Positions 1 through 13,508 of a DNA stretch of 64,000 nt are shown here, in pieces. Position 1 is the first letter of the stretch, and each line of letters starts with the position of its first letter. Source of the DNA: Sphagnum compactum (taxonomy: Eukaryota); the NCBI GenBank assembly GCA_965153455.1, contig OZ234493.1, forward strand, positions 5,208,001 through 5,272,000. The letters run 5' to 3'. The notes under the pieces are model-generated. The model saw only the letters and a program-made list of their open reading frames with translations, was not told the origin of the DNA and did no database searches. Position numbers and translations under genes: made by a program.

Positions 1-1037
1 CTCCAAAACTATCAGTGAATGATGTGAAAGGTCAACTCACACATAGGGAAGGTGTGCATATATATGCAAAAAAGTGGTTGAAGTCTTGTAATTTAGATTT
101 ATTATAGTTGAATGTGGTGTTGCTTGAACTTCTACTACACATATGTCATATCATATTCACATGGGTGAGTTTTCTTACAATTCCCATCTCCTTGTTGAAT
201 CTATACCTCAATGAAAAATAAGTGGGAAATTGTCACCTTGTGAATCTGTTTGAATAATGTAGGTTTACATCATAAGCCCATCATGTTTTGCATCACTATA
301 GTTACATTCTTGAAATATGCATGTTTTAGCTTTTGTAGCAGCAAATGTAAATTAATTAGTTTTCCTTGCAATTAGTGGAGTTACATATGTATATTACCTT
401 GCAAGTAATGGGGTTGCATTTATATCACTACCTTGCAACTAATGTAATAAAAAATGTGTCATTGTAATCAACTAATCTATTCACATGTAACATGAACCTT
501 GTAATTATTTCAAGCGCATATGTAGGAGGCAAGTTGTTGCATGAGTTTAGAACCTGAGCTTAAAGCCTAAAGTTGGAACTTGGGTGGTAAACTGTCTTTT
601 CCCCTAAACACATGCAAGTGAAACCCAAAAATTTAACCACAAAATGAATGTTATATAGGTAAACCTATAAACAAACATGAGGATGAATGTAAGCATTCAT
701 ATTCATTATGGATGAATGATTTTTTTCATTCATCTAATGTATGGATGAAAAAAGTTAATTGAATTTGCATTTTTTATTATATAAAACTTCAATCAAAATT
801 ATGGATGAATGTTTTATTTTATCATTCAATTTTTATCAACGAATTTTTTCCTGCTAGTTTTAATTAACTAGAGTTTCATGAAACACAATTCAATAATATA
901 TGATATAACATTTGTCGAATAATATGTAAATTCCATTATAAACATATTTGATAGTTATGGTGTTAAATGTCAATTTTTTCAATGTTTTAATAATTATCAT
1001 GCTTACATCCACCTTGTGGTTTTTGTTTCAAAATAAT

Positions 1038-1082
<45 letters not shown>
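1038..1082. repeat. (TA)n microsatellite
   Basis: Near-perfect TA dinucleotide run with one CA interruption; explains the YIYIYI spurious ORF at 948-1211. Confidence 0.95.
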
Positions 1083-1085
<3 letters not shown>

Positions 1086-4000
1086 CAAATTGACCCAATT
1101 TCGTTGACGATAATGGGGTTTTTCTTTTCCTCTCCAAAAATGCCACAACTTCCTTCAAACACATTTATAAGCATCGTGGACAACAATGGGGGACTTTTTT
1201 CATTCTTTTAATTTGAGGGTGCCACAACTTTCATCAAATCTAACTAATGTTGTTAACAACGATGGGTTTTGAATGCTTAAGATATTTTTAAACTACTTAT
1301 TGTCATTGATGACAATGGGTTTTTGAAATAAACTAAAATTCAATTTCAAACACCTTAATTAGCTCCTTCAAATAACATATTATCATACATAATAATGGGG
1401 TTTTTCTAATAATAATTCATTTTCAAGGTGCCTTAATTTTTCACATAGTACATATATTATGTTGTTGACAACAATGGGGGGCGGGGGTTAACACTCATCC
1501 CATGACAACCTTTTTTTTAATATTTAACATTGTTGATGAAATGATTTTTTAAACAAAATTTAGAAAATTATTTTGGTCCCATCATCATATTTTCCATTAT
1601 AGTCACATTATCCATCATTATTAAATGACATTCAAGTTTGAAATATTGATACTTGCACATCAAATGAAGATGGATATAAATAAATTTTTATTTATTTATC
1701 TTCCAATCATGGATGAATTTCATATAATGATTTATTTATTTAATCCAATTCATAAATGACATTCATCTATGGACACATTCATCCATGTAGATGGATTAAA
1801 ATTGCAATAAATTTTAAGCTACAAGTTCAAAGCTCCATGCACAAACCATCTTCGCACATGTAATTACATTGTTGGCATACTATGCAATTACCATAGTCAC
1901 ACATATGTTTCCCATGTAGTTGCGTGTAAATGGCATCATGATAATCATAATATCTTCAATTTTAAAAGGTAAATTTCTAAATTATTGTTCACTACCACAT
2001 GTTCACTATTCAACATATAGTCTTTGTTTAATTATCAAATGGATTCACCATGTGGATACATCATAACCAATCCACAATATAATTACAAAACATTTTATTA
2101 TATTGAAATTTTTGTTAAATTACTATCAATGACCATGTGGACACCATTTAATAGATAATCCATGGTTCAATTGTCGGACAAATTTATGGCATGAATATAC
2201 ATCCTAGTTATGCTAAAAATGTATTTATGAAAATATCAATATAGAAATTACTTTTTAAATTATTGTTTATTGCCATGTGTATATCATTTAACAAGTTATC
2301 CAAATTTGGTTATTGAATTGACTTTTGCCATTTGGATACAACCTAGCTAACTATCAACCACCTCATTACATCATACATGTTTACACATTTTAGTTGTAAA
2401 ACCAATCACAAATCACCATACCACATAGGAATATGTCATTAAAGATTGTAGTCATAAAATTAGTTGCAAATGATTGTGCAATGTAAGCATATGTGACTAA
2501 ACATTTTAATGGGCGCAATCACAATCAAATGAACCAATGGTGATGAAGGATTCAAGGATTGCAATCCTTATGTGGTCATTTTCACTTTCTCATAAAAAGG
2601 ACTTTTGGGATGAAATCTTTTGCAATATGTTACCAAAAATACATATAATTTTTTCAGTATATCACATTTTTGTATTAACTTTTCATGAATAACTAAGAAT
2701 TTTTTTTTAAGTGTACACACTCTACCAAATTATGCGTTTCGTTTTGAAAAATTATCTTAATTTCAAATTGTATGAAAATATGTTAATTATGTCAATTATT
2801 TATTTTATCATTTCATAAAATACAACTTTGTTTTAGATTTCATGTACATTACACCCCATTTACATGTGGTAAAAAACTCTTGAAATTTTTAATTATGTTC
2901 AATAGATTTTTAATTTTTAAAAGTTTCAAATTTCACAACTTTCAAATTGTCAGTGTTTTTTGAATGTGGATAATCAATTAACATCATCTCAATTTTTTTC
3001 TCATCAAATTTTTTTTATAAAAAGAGTCTTTAACTTAATAATTTACAGAATTGATTATTTTTTATGCAACTATTGTTCAAATTCAAATGTCTTTTACTAA
3101 AACCAAAACCCAAAATAATTTTTTTTGAATTTTTTTTTGGAATTAATCAACACTCATATTAGTCATTTAGCACAACATTCCATGATTAACATGGCATTAA
3201 AGTGGCACCACAAAAATATATCTAACAATATTACAGTTTTTATTGAGTTTTGGCGGTTGCCCAACGTGTTTTTTGGTTAGGTTGATTGTGACTGCACCCT
3301 AGTTGTAAATGTTAGTTGTAGATGACCAGGCCATGTCAATTGGATGAAAAGTTGGTGTTAGTTATATCTTGATGCAACTATAATTTCAACTTGGTACCAT
3401 GTAATGTTTTTTTCAATTAAAACCTTATGCAACTTGTCTTAGTGAGTTGTGACCAAGGGAATTTGTTGTCACATATGTCATTAACGACTCAAGAATAATC
3501 AATAAATTAGTCATTAATATGCAATTTTTACTGTGATAGTCTTGGACTTGGAAGATTCAAATGTGTGGATATAAGCATGTAATCATACAACACAATTCTT
3601 CAAAAAAATCATGTCAATGGCTTTTGAAAGGGTTGTGACACGCATTATTGTGACATGTTCTATTTTGTTGACATTTATGTATGTAGGTGCTTGGATAAGG
3701 TAACACACAACTATTAGGATTAATTTGAATGTCTCATAGTTCAAACATTTGTAAGCAAGTTTTAGCATAATCTTAGTGTGAACATGGTTCAACACCGTTG
3801 GTTCTTGAAGATATTATGTTGTCAATAGAAATGAAATACTCTTTTTTAAAAAGTTGAATATCCTTCATTATGTGTTGGGTGTTTTGTTCAAAGTTTGGTT
3901 TTGATACATAATGTTAATGATGTTAGGCACATATTCTCTATTATAAAATGCATAGTGCTTTTGATTACATGTGTGCATGTGCTTTCTTAGCAAGATTATT

Positions 4001-5897
4001 GTGACATGTTTTATTTTGTTGACAATGATGAATGTAGATCTTTGGATAGGGTAGCACATAACAAATATTAAAGTTATTTACAATGGATCAAAATCCACAA
4101 CATAATCAAATGAAAACATTTGAAACTAAATCATTTTTTAATCAGTCATTAGCAAGTTACACTAAAATACTAGTCATAAGTTGGGAAATTTCTATAATAA
4201 TATTTATTAAAATCAAGGTGAAAGTTTTAATCTTTAATGTATTTGTCAACTAGAATATAATTATGACTATGAATTGGACAACCCCATGCTAATGTCATGC
4301 ACATTATGTTTCATTCCACCAAAATGTTGAAGTTGTTTTGAAAAATGTTTTAAATCATTTAAATATTTTTATTAGGCTCCAAAAACATGATTTCAAATGT
4401 ATTTTTTTGGCAAAGACAAAGTGAATTTAATTGGCTATTGCCGCACATTTGTGTCACATGTCACATTGCAACCTTCAACATCATCACACATATACAAGAG
4501 GAATGTAAATAGTTTGATTATTTATGGATCCAATACCTAGTTGGATTCCCCAATAATGTTTAAATTGAACAATTCATAGGAACATGACACTTCATATATG
4601 CATCCTTGCAATGGACCCCTCACTTCTCATATCTATTGATGAAATATACCTTAAAACATATAATCATAATAATACCTTCAATGTTATCTTCATCTTTAAC
4701 AATAGCTAGAAAATAAAAATTATGACGAAATCTAGCTCTAGATCAAAGCTTCCTACAACTTATTATGATGTAGTTTTATGAAGGTCTTTCTAGGCTATAG
4801 TTGTGAACAAATTGTTCACAAGAAAACAAAATCAAAGCATGTGGGTGTGCACATTAGATCACCATCTTCACATGTATAAAACCTTGATCACCATATGATT
4901 ATATTCTCACTTCACACTAATCAAATGGACATGAACTAAATATTGTGCAAACAAATAAGGCTCACTCACATTCATGTTCTTGGCACATGGTTGTCTACCT
5001 GATCATGATTCCAACCAACCATCGTACTATATTATTAAATACATAAAATGTGGGCCACATTTATGATTTTTTTTCTTTTTGAAAGTTTTGGTCATATGGT
5101 AAAAAAATTGGTCTAGAAATATGGTCCAAAGGAATACATTTGTTTTGTTTTTGGACAAATTCATCATGTTTGATCACTTTTCCATTCAGATTTCCCAAAA
5201 GAAATTACTTCCAAAAGCTTGATAGGGTACATAATGAAGGTCGCCTTAAATAAAGGTATTGAAGAGATTTAGCCAATATAACCACAAACATCAAAATATT
5301 TGTATTGCAAATTGGAAATTATTTCTTGCTTTTAATTCTTCCTAGATAAGCATTAGCCACATTTTTAAAAAATTACCTACCAACCAATATGCCAAACCCT
5401 TGTGAGAAAAATATTGAAATTGATGTTTAATCATGTTCTTAAGAACCCAAAACTAAGTATACCATCTCTCTATCCAAGTTTTCACTTTCTTCATCTTGGA
5501 GCAACATATAACTCCACTTTTACCATGCCAAAAATTTCCAAGTTCAAAGATAGAGAGCCATGCCAACACTAAGTTGAATGTTGTGATTTTCTCCCTATAA
5601 TAATGTTGTTAGAATATTCAGGTATTACTTCATTCTTGACCACATTTTGCTTCCTTAGAATTAGAAGTTGAAAGGGGAAAGATAGGTGGCAACAATAATA
5701 ATTTATAATATGAGAAATATTGTGTACCCGTTCAAAATAATTGGTCTATCAAAATGCCAAAATGTGTAATACATTTTTTGTGTATAATCTATGTTTATAT
5801 TGTGTATATCTCTTTTCGGAGGGAGGGTGAAAGACAGCGAGTTAATTTTTTTCCCCTTCAGGGAAAGTGAGTGATGAACTTTTGGATTCTCTCACAC

Positions 5898-5963
5898 TGG
5901 ACCACCAACCATTACATCGGGTCGTCTCTTTGGACCACCCGTCGTTACATCGGGTCGTCTCTC
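5898..5963 (+). repeat. 33-bp tandem duplication in the putative 5' leader of the CaaX gene
   Basis: TGGACCACC...TTACATCGGGTCGTCTCT occurs at 5898 and 5931, at the AT-rich to GC-rich transition. Confidence 0.8.
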
Positions 5964-6397
5964 TCCTTCGCTCTGGGTCAGTGTTTCGGTTCTTTCGCAG
6001 GACTCGTCGCAGTGGCTGCCTGGCTGGCTTTCGAGCTGTTGTCAGAGTTCGGTGCGCTAACTCCACGCTCTCTGTCCCTGGCAGTCGCTTCGGGTAGTTG
6101 TCGAGGTTCGTAACGAGCTTCGAAACGCCGCATTTGGTGCTCTGTAGCGTTTTATTTTAGACTTCGGAGATCTGTTTGTCGGCGGAAGGCGAAGGGAACT
6201 TCTTTCTTTGTGTGTGTGTGTTTTGGGCGAGACCGAGGGATGTAAATCGATGAAAGATCGAGGCTTTGAACGCAGAAGGATCCGAATTGTGATATCTCAG
6301 TTGGAAGAGAAGGATTCGTTCTGAAACCCGCCGAGAACACGAACAAGCGGAGGCTTTTGAGAGGAGGTCTTGAGCTAGGATTTGTGCAGTAGTTAGA

Positions 6398-6543
6398 ATG
6401 AATGCGGAGGTGGAGGAGCAGTTTGAGAGATTTCGTAAACAGTCCAATAGAATGCAAGTCTCGGATCATAAGTAGGAGAAGGAGGAAATCCATGTCAGGG
6501 GGTTGGGAGGTGTAATGAGAGCCGTGCAGTGATGGATGTGTGA
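6398..6543 (+). promoter_or_regulatory. Cluster of four upstream ORFs
   Basis: ATG-stop ORFs: 6398-6475 (MNAEVEEQFERFRKQSNRMQVSDHK*), 6492-6515 (MSGGWEV*), 6515-6532 (MRAVQ*), 6532-6543 (MDV*). The last three are linked by TAATG and TGATG stop-start overlaps. Confidence 0.55.
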
Positions 6544-6608
6544 GCCACCGGGGCAGTGGAAAGATTGATGATAACGGGAGGGAGAAGAAACCGGGGGGTG
6601 GACGGGTT

Positions 6609-7159
6609 ACGGCATTTCTTGAGGGTGGACAAAGGATCCTCACGCTGGCGCCTGAAAAAGTTGCGCCCCAGGGGTGCACGAGTTTGTTGTCCTGCTCGAG
6701 TTGTTGTTGCTACAGCTGCTGCTGCTGGCCAGCCCAGAAGGGCTTGCCACCCCTCAAAGTGGCCTCCAACTCAAGAGTAGACGACGGGGGGGATGCTTAC
6801 ACGGTCCCCTCTTCACATGTGCCACTTTCTCCTCCCGTCATTCCTTCTCCTGTAGCTGCTGCTGCAGCAGCAGCAGCAGCATCTGTTGAGCCTCCTTCTG
6901 GCGTCAATGGCCACAGCCAAGTCCCCACTGTCAAGCTCCCAAGAAAGAGTAACCTAAAGCAGTCTTCTTCATTCTTCTCCCATGCAGAAAACGGAGTTAG
7001 GGTTTCAAGTGCAGAAGATCATGTATCAAACTCTGAAGCTGGAGAAGTCTCTGGTGTTGATGTGGCCGTAGACGAATCCGGGGAGAAACGTGAATGTAAA
7101 GTGCAATGGATTGATAACTTTGGCAAAGACTTGATCCAGGTTCATGAGTTTGAACCCAG
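6609..7159 (+). CDS. Exon 1 of an uncharacterised plant protein with SILK-like/RVxF-like motifs and C-terminal CaaX; start codon uncertain (ACG 6609 proposed)
   Basis: Frame open 6519-7159 with no ATG; encodes AFLEGG...GCTSLLSC...PPLKV...KSNLK...KVQWIDNFGKDLIQVHEFEP; donor CCCAG|GTAACA at 7159/7160. The motif order matches the land-plant family I recall as LKSSLKK...KVQW.D..G.EL..IREFEPS...C.C.I[LMQ]. Confidence 0.8.
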
Positions 7160-8050
7160 GTAACAACCACAACCGCAACAAAATACTCTTGTTTTTCTGT
7201 TTCCATCTGATTCTCATGTTCTTCTTGTCACATCTTGCCCCGCTTCAGACACTTCTTTTTAACTTTGTCTCTGTTTTCCTGGATCTCCATCCCTTCATTT
7301 TCATGCTCGTTGCATGAGCTTCAGCTTTACTTCGATCTCAATCCATGCTTTTTTAGCTCAGATGCCAACTGAAATGGAAGTGCCACTTCTTGTTTTTGAG
7401 CCCATATCATTCGGGCAAATCTCTTCTGGATTGGGCACTACTGCTATGATATGCTTTGTTCCTTCTGTTCCGGCATGTACACCTGTGCATGAAAATGAGC
7501 TGGAAGGCAGATTCAATTGTAGATTCTGCATCACAAAGTGTCTAAATGTCTGCAGCTCATGTGGTGACCATCCTTGATGAGAGCTACTCCGAAATCAGAA
7601 CCCCCTTCTTAATCAGTCTACAAGAAATGGAGCCCTGATGCATCTTGCAACACACGTTACAGTCGTTGGACTATTGATTTAGATGCCATTAGTTAGATGC
7701 AGCTATTGGTGTAACTGCAATATAATGAAAATCTTGAGCTGTTTAGATCTTTTGTGACTTGATTTTCAATTGTGTTTTAAGTTGAAGCATTTGTGGTTTG
7801 AACCCTAGAAGCCATGAAAAGCAACTTTTGAAGCTGTGCTTTTCTGTTTTTGGTTCTTGAATCCCTGTTGAATGCATCTCATGTTGAGCTTCATCATGGA
7901 GTCTGAGGCTATCTTCGAAGAAGTTGTGCTGCTCAATCCTTTGCATGAATTTCTGTACTGATACCTCAAGGGTCTGGTCTCGAGTATGTATGAGGGTTTA
8001 TGAATTCAAAAGCTCTAATTCATGTGTGCAATGTGTTGCATGATTATCAG

Positions 8051-8123
8051 TGACTCAGGTGATTCAGAAGATGATGAGGATGACAGGGAACCATTGCAGA
8101 CATGTACATGTGTGATTCAATGA
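8051..8123 (+). CDS. Exon 2 of the same gene (acidic tail plus CaaX)
   Basis: Acceptor TTATCAG| at 8050; the phase-2 join gives ...EFEP-S-DSGDSEDDEDDREPLQTCTCVIQ*, stop TGA 8121-8123. Confidence 0.88.
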
Positions 8124-11100
8124 TGGTGTTGGCCAATGGATCCCCAGGTTTGGTGGATTCAAGCATAGGTGACCCAGATTTCAAGTATATTGGTTGGTGC
8201 AGACCTCTGCTGGCCTCATTTCAACACTGCTGTATGGATTTAATTGACTGCGAGACAATGACCTGAGCACTGTTTCCTATCATGATGTAATTCTCTTGAA
8301 GCTCATGCGATGTTCTTTCATCACTCTGCTCAAGTGCAGGTTTCATCCCTCCACAGAGCCAAATCTTCAGCTTCACCTCTGGAAGTGACAACTGGGTACA
8401 GGATAACTTTTCCACGATTCCAAATTGGAGTCTGTCTATGAGATGCTGTCCTCTTTTCCAATCTCAGGGACCAGCAGACTTCAGGTGCGGTGTGAGTGTG
8501 CATTTTCTACCTGTACCATGCAGAAGGACTTCCAGAAAGCATGTTGGGAACATGCTCAGTTTGGAAAGAGACACCAGGGCTGTGGTGATGATAACTCAGG
8601 ACTTGCAACCAAAAGAGCAATCCAGAAATAGGCACTCTTTGACCCCTGTGATTTCAGCAAACATCAATCCCCAAAAGAGGGGATTATAGGCCAAGAAAAG
8701 TGATGAGTTTGCAATGCAGTTTTGGCATATGGAAATGGCAAATAGAACTGTTGGATGCCATCTCTTTCTTTCTGTGCAAAGCCTTCTTTGCAGTGATACT
8801 GTTGTGGTCCCCATTTGTCGTGAGGTGGGCAACTCTATTTTCTGTGTACTTGAAGGTGAACTTGAGACATGCATGCTTCTGGCATTGCTAATGCAGGTCC
8901 CTTTAGGACTAATGCAAGGCAGAGTTAAGGTTATTAAACATTTTAGCAAGTGGGAGCCCTACAATTCCTCTCTTCTGGAGTTGAAAGTAGCAGAAGTGAT
9001 TAAATTCAGTCAGGATATGCAGTTACCCAGAACTCTTGGTTTCAGTTTCAAAATGCTCAGGTTTTGTGATATGTCCAATCAGGGTCCACATGCTGGCTGG
9101 TTAATTTGTTGCATCAGTTTGCTGGCTCAGTCTTTCTGAGGCACTTGTGCAGTCATGATGTCTGGTTGGTGAGGACCTGGTGTTTACCTGTTTGCTTGAG
9201 ACACATGGGGGTGAACAGAATCTCTTTGTTGGCAGACGGCAGTAAAAAAGTTGAAATTGACGAGCAATTGAGCTTGCCATTGTGGATAAAGTCTATCATT
9301 TCCAGTCTTATGCTTCAGAGGTTGTCAAGCCCAGGTAGAAAAGCAATCTAAAATGAGGGGATGAATGTTTGGGGGAAAAGAAACTCTTTTCTATTGGGTT
9401 CCAGATTCCTAGCTAACCACTGCTAAGCTCTGGTTCTGTTTTTACTAACTACTGATTAACAACCCACTAGATCTTACCTATGTACTGTCCATCTACATGC
9501 ATCAACCTACAATGTAGTAACATATTATCCTACTCACCTACCCGGAGGACCTCTCCTTTTTAGGATAGGTAACCTCTTATCTTACCTACCTACTTAGAGG
9601 TTTCCAAAGATTGAAACCTACCATCAACTCAAGTTTGGACTCATCCACAACTGAGCTATAACAACTCAGTTGAGGTTCATCCTGACTTTAACTCAGTTGG
9701 GTTTATCTATAACTGAGTCATAATGAACTTCCAGTGCATGCTGCACTGGTGTTAGCTCAATCTGGCCCTCTAGAACATGCATTAAGGATAATTTCTTACA
9801 TCTTGAGTCTACCTGCCTGACTTTGGGCTAGCAATGTAAATATAATGGATCATGTGACCCTTAGCACTCAACAGTGCATCATCCATTGGAAACCCCTCAT
9901 GACTCAGTTGTGATTCATTCACACCTAGGTTACCAAGTTTACACATTGGTGACCTATTGTGGAAACCCTCCTATTTCCCTTTCAAACTACTATGTAAAGT
10001 AGTATGTATGTTAGAGCATCTCCACCGTTAGTTGGAAGCACCCCTCAATTGGTAACTTGTCATGCACCACCGCCCCCACCAAAGCATCCAATTGATATAC
10101 TTCCTCCTAGGCTGGGAAGAAACATCTCAATGGCCTCAACATCACATCAAGATATCATGACGAAATTTGATATCATTAAAGGAGTTTGAAAGTGTTTTTT
10201 TATTTTCAATATATTTTTTTTTGAAGTCCAAGCTTGCAAAGCAAGAAGCATTTTCAGAAAAAAAACATTTTCAAATTTTAAAAAAAGATAGTGTGAACTA
10301 ATGTGAGGTGATTATCGGATGATTACACAAGTAGGATTTAGGGTTTTAGTTTGTCGTTGTTTACTTTCTACACAAAGCTGGCGAAAGGCATCTCATTGTT
10401 GTTGTTTTTCCTAGATTATCCATCACCACAAGTGATTTCATGAGGGTAGGTGAGGGAAAGAAGGCTTGTTTGTTGTTTGTGTGTAATGCAATACTTATCT
10501 TTATGGAGCTTCTAATGGAGCAACATTTATGGTGAAACTTCATTAGAAGGAGCAAGGGAAGCTTATGTTTTGGGGATTTAAACAAGCTGAAAATGAGCTA
10601 AATGATCATATTGTTGTAGTGAATATTTTTGAATTAGGTTTTTGTGTTTGTGACTATTGTATTTTCTTCCATTGCGCTCATAGCTGCTCAATGACAATAA
10701 GCAATGTACTTAGGATTTTATATAAGGGGTCGATGCTAAGACATGATGATAAATTCAAGAGATCTGAATTGTAGCAAGTTGGGCATATAGAAAAATATGT
10801 AAGGGATTGGAACTTGGATGTCTTGATGAACATGGAAACCTTTTCTTTAGGTATCCTTAAGTTGGAGCGGATTGTGAAGATGAAAATCAAACCTTAGCTT
10901 GTCCTATTGAAGATGAATTTATAACTTACCTTCTATGCTAGCAAATCTACCCCATACTTTTAGTGATTTTTGAACAAAATTTCATGTTTCTATCTATTTG
11001 ATATGGAGAGTATTTAAGCTGTAAGGGGATGGGAATTCACATCTTCTTTTGTTGCCATATAGGAACTAATTTGATGCATTACATGGTAAAATGGGTTTAA

Positions 11101-12529
11101 CAACTCCATGGATCCAATGAATAATGAAAGGTCTAATCTCTCATAGACTTCAAGAAGATTTGACCCGATGTATGTGGAAGGTGCTAGTGGCATAATAAAA
11201 GGTTGTTGAATGATGTTGAACATGAGTATTCTGAGCATAGACATTGTCAACACCAGAAGCTTATTTACTTTGCTTTTTTAGTTCTTAAAAAAAAGTTTCA
11301 AGATAGTTGATGACATTGGTTGTTGGAAAACAACATATGTATTGTTGTTAGTGTTGTTTTAAACATTGTTTTTTTAGGTTACAACATCATGAGTTATTTG
11401 AGAGTTCATAGAGAGGTGTGCAAGTTTAAACAACGATGCAAAAATGTAGAGAGAAATGAAAAAATGTTCAAAAAGAGGTGTGAGCAGAAAGAAAGGCATG
11501 CAAACAAAAAATTCAACATACATAAAAACATGTAAGCAAAAAACCCGACACTATATAGAAAGGTGTTCAAGCAAAAATCCAACATTGTGCAACCATGAAA
11601 ACATTGAAAACCCAAAAATTGCAAAGCGTTGCATGACCGATTACACATAAAAAGTCACTACTAACAATAATGTAATTCACAAAAATCAAAGGGGTGAAAG
11701 CATGGTAAAGTATACCAAAAAAAAAGTTTAAAAAATACAATAAAAAATGGTCCAATTTTTTACACAAGTATAAGAAATTATATTGAAAATAATTTAAAAT
11801 AACATAATAAAAACATGGTGCTTTTCCTTGAGTTTATAATGAGGTGATTACAAAATTTGAGAAACCTTGGCACAATAAAATAGACAACAAAGATGTTTGA
11901 AAATAACTAGTCAAATTGAGTTTAAACATATTTTTCCATTAGAAGTTTGATGTATCCTACTATAATATTTAAACGTTGAGAACTTACAAATACATTTTAA
12001 AGTTGCATCATGTTGAAAATGGAGAATATTCAATAATTCATTTACTTTCATCTACTTGTACAAGTTCGGACAACCTAAAAAGTACGGGAAAAAAATTACA
12101 ATTTTTAATTTTTAATTTATTTGAATGCATATTAGAAATATGTGATCAATCAACATCATTGTGATAAAATTAAATATTATTCTCATGTTGATCATTAAAT
12201 AAAAAACATTAATACTTTCAATACATTAAAACTTGTTTACAGCTTCTTCTTCTTTTTTGTGAAGGAACAAAAATGGTTTACTTTACCTTGCTAACACCTA
12301 GAAAGCCATTGCACACAATGAAAATTCACTACCTAACTGAAATTTCAAAAAATATATTCCAAATAAAACATCACTAGTTATTTTCTTTGAAAGCCCAAAG
12401 GTAATCCTCAATGCAAAATGTTTATCCAAACTTTCTAATTTTTATTCCATCTCTATAATTAGCAAAATTGAAACCTCATTACATATGAAGATTCCATTTT
12501 TCAAAACAAAACTCAATCTTGTGAATGAT

Positions 12530-13300
12530 CACTTGTGCTTGAAGGATGTCATTAACAATGTTCATATCCCAATGTTTATAAGAATTTTGGATTATGCGAA
12601 AGCAAGATTGCAAACATTAAAACACCGTTCAATTATGCAAACCACTTCTTTTTCTCCCCTTATAGTTCATGAATAGTTTGCACAAATTAAATAATGATGT
12701 CCATTCAATTCAAAGTTCAAGTCATTTCTTGCACCTCGCAACATGTCAAAAATCAAAAGCGACATGTATAGCACATTCATGTGATTGTTGTCACCATTAA
12801 GACCGAAATGACAATGCCATATGCACAAGCTTTGATTTGCAATTCGTTCTAGGATTATACAACAATGTTTATCCTTGTCAATATGTGAGCCTTACTAAAT
12901 AGCTATGCAATTCTTCCAATAATAATGCGTGCATTCCAAAGAGGTGAACATCCTTGGCCGATCTCACAAGTGCATTAATTTGCAATTAGCATTCCAAATC
13001 TTCTTGTGTTGGTTGTTTCAAGTACACATGTTCAAACAACTTTCGAATGGTTTGCATAAATCTTTTTAGACTTTCCATTGTTGTGTTTTCCCCTTGATGA
13101 TACTTTTCATATATTGCATCAGCTGCAATTCCATATTCAAGCATGCAAAGGCAGATGTGCATTTAATTTTTTTAATAAAAGATCCATCTTCCCTAATGCA
13201 TCCTGGCACTGCACAAAGTACCCATCATGTGCAATGACAACTTCAAGCAACTTCCCCAAATAAATTGTCGCTATAAAAGATTGCAAAAAAGTAATTGTGC
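12530..13300 (-). pseudogene. PIF/Harbinger DDE transposase remnant (frameshifts and stops)
   Basis: Minus-strand peptides YFVQCQDALGKM, FEHVYLKQPTQEDLE and LQSCFRIIQNSYKHWDMNIVNDI match plant Harbinger transposase motifs (YFxQRxDAxG, YLRxPTxxD, FGVLQxRFxII) in the correct order. Confidence 0.75.
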
Positions 13301-13508
13301 ATGATGCACACCTCACCAAGTGTTCAATCCCTATAGTTGTTCCATCATTAGCCTAATTTACTTCCTTTATGTTGTTTAGAGACTGATTTGAAATAAGAGG
13401 TTTTGAGCAACCCAATCATCTTCACCATTATCATTAAGTTTTGTGCACAACTACATTAGCTACATGTGACACCAAGCTTCCATCTTGGACCTTGCAAAAA
13501 GATTAATT

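Noticed and set aside
948-1211. 87-aa ORF with a YIYIYI run
   Set aside because: Translation of a TA microsatellite.
6492-6540. In-frame ATG at 6492 as the true start via a micro-intron (GT 6510 to AG 6529)
   Set aside because: The intron would be only 20 nt and would shift the frame; two in-frame stops follow the ATG.
5842-6679. Several overlapping ORFs on both strands, including the 175-aa minus ORF
   Set aside because: GC-rich leader or antisense shadow of the CaaX gene; no recognisable domain.
8221-9351. Cluster of 60-141 aa ORFs downstream of the CaaX gene
   Set aside because: No motifs or coherent exon chain; most likely a long 3' UTR.
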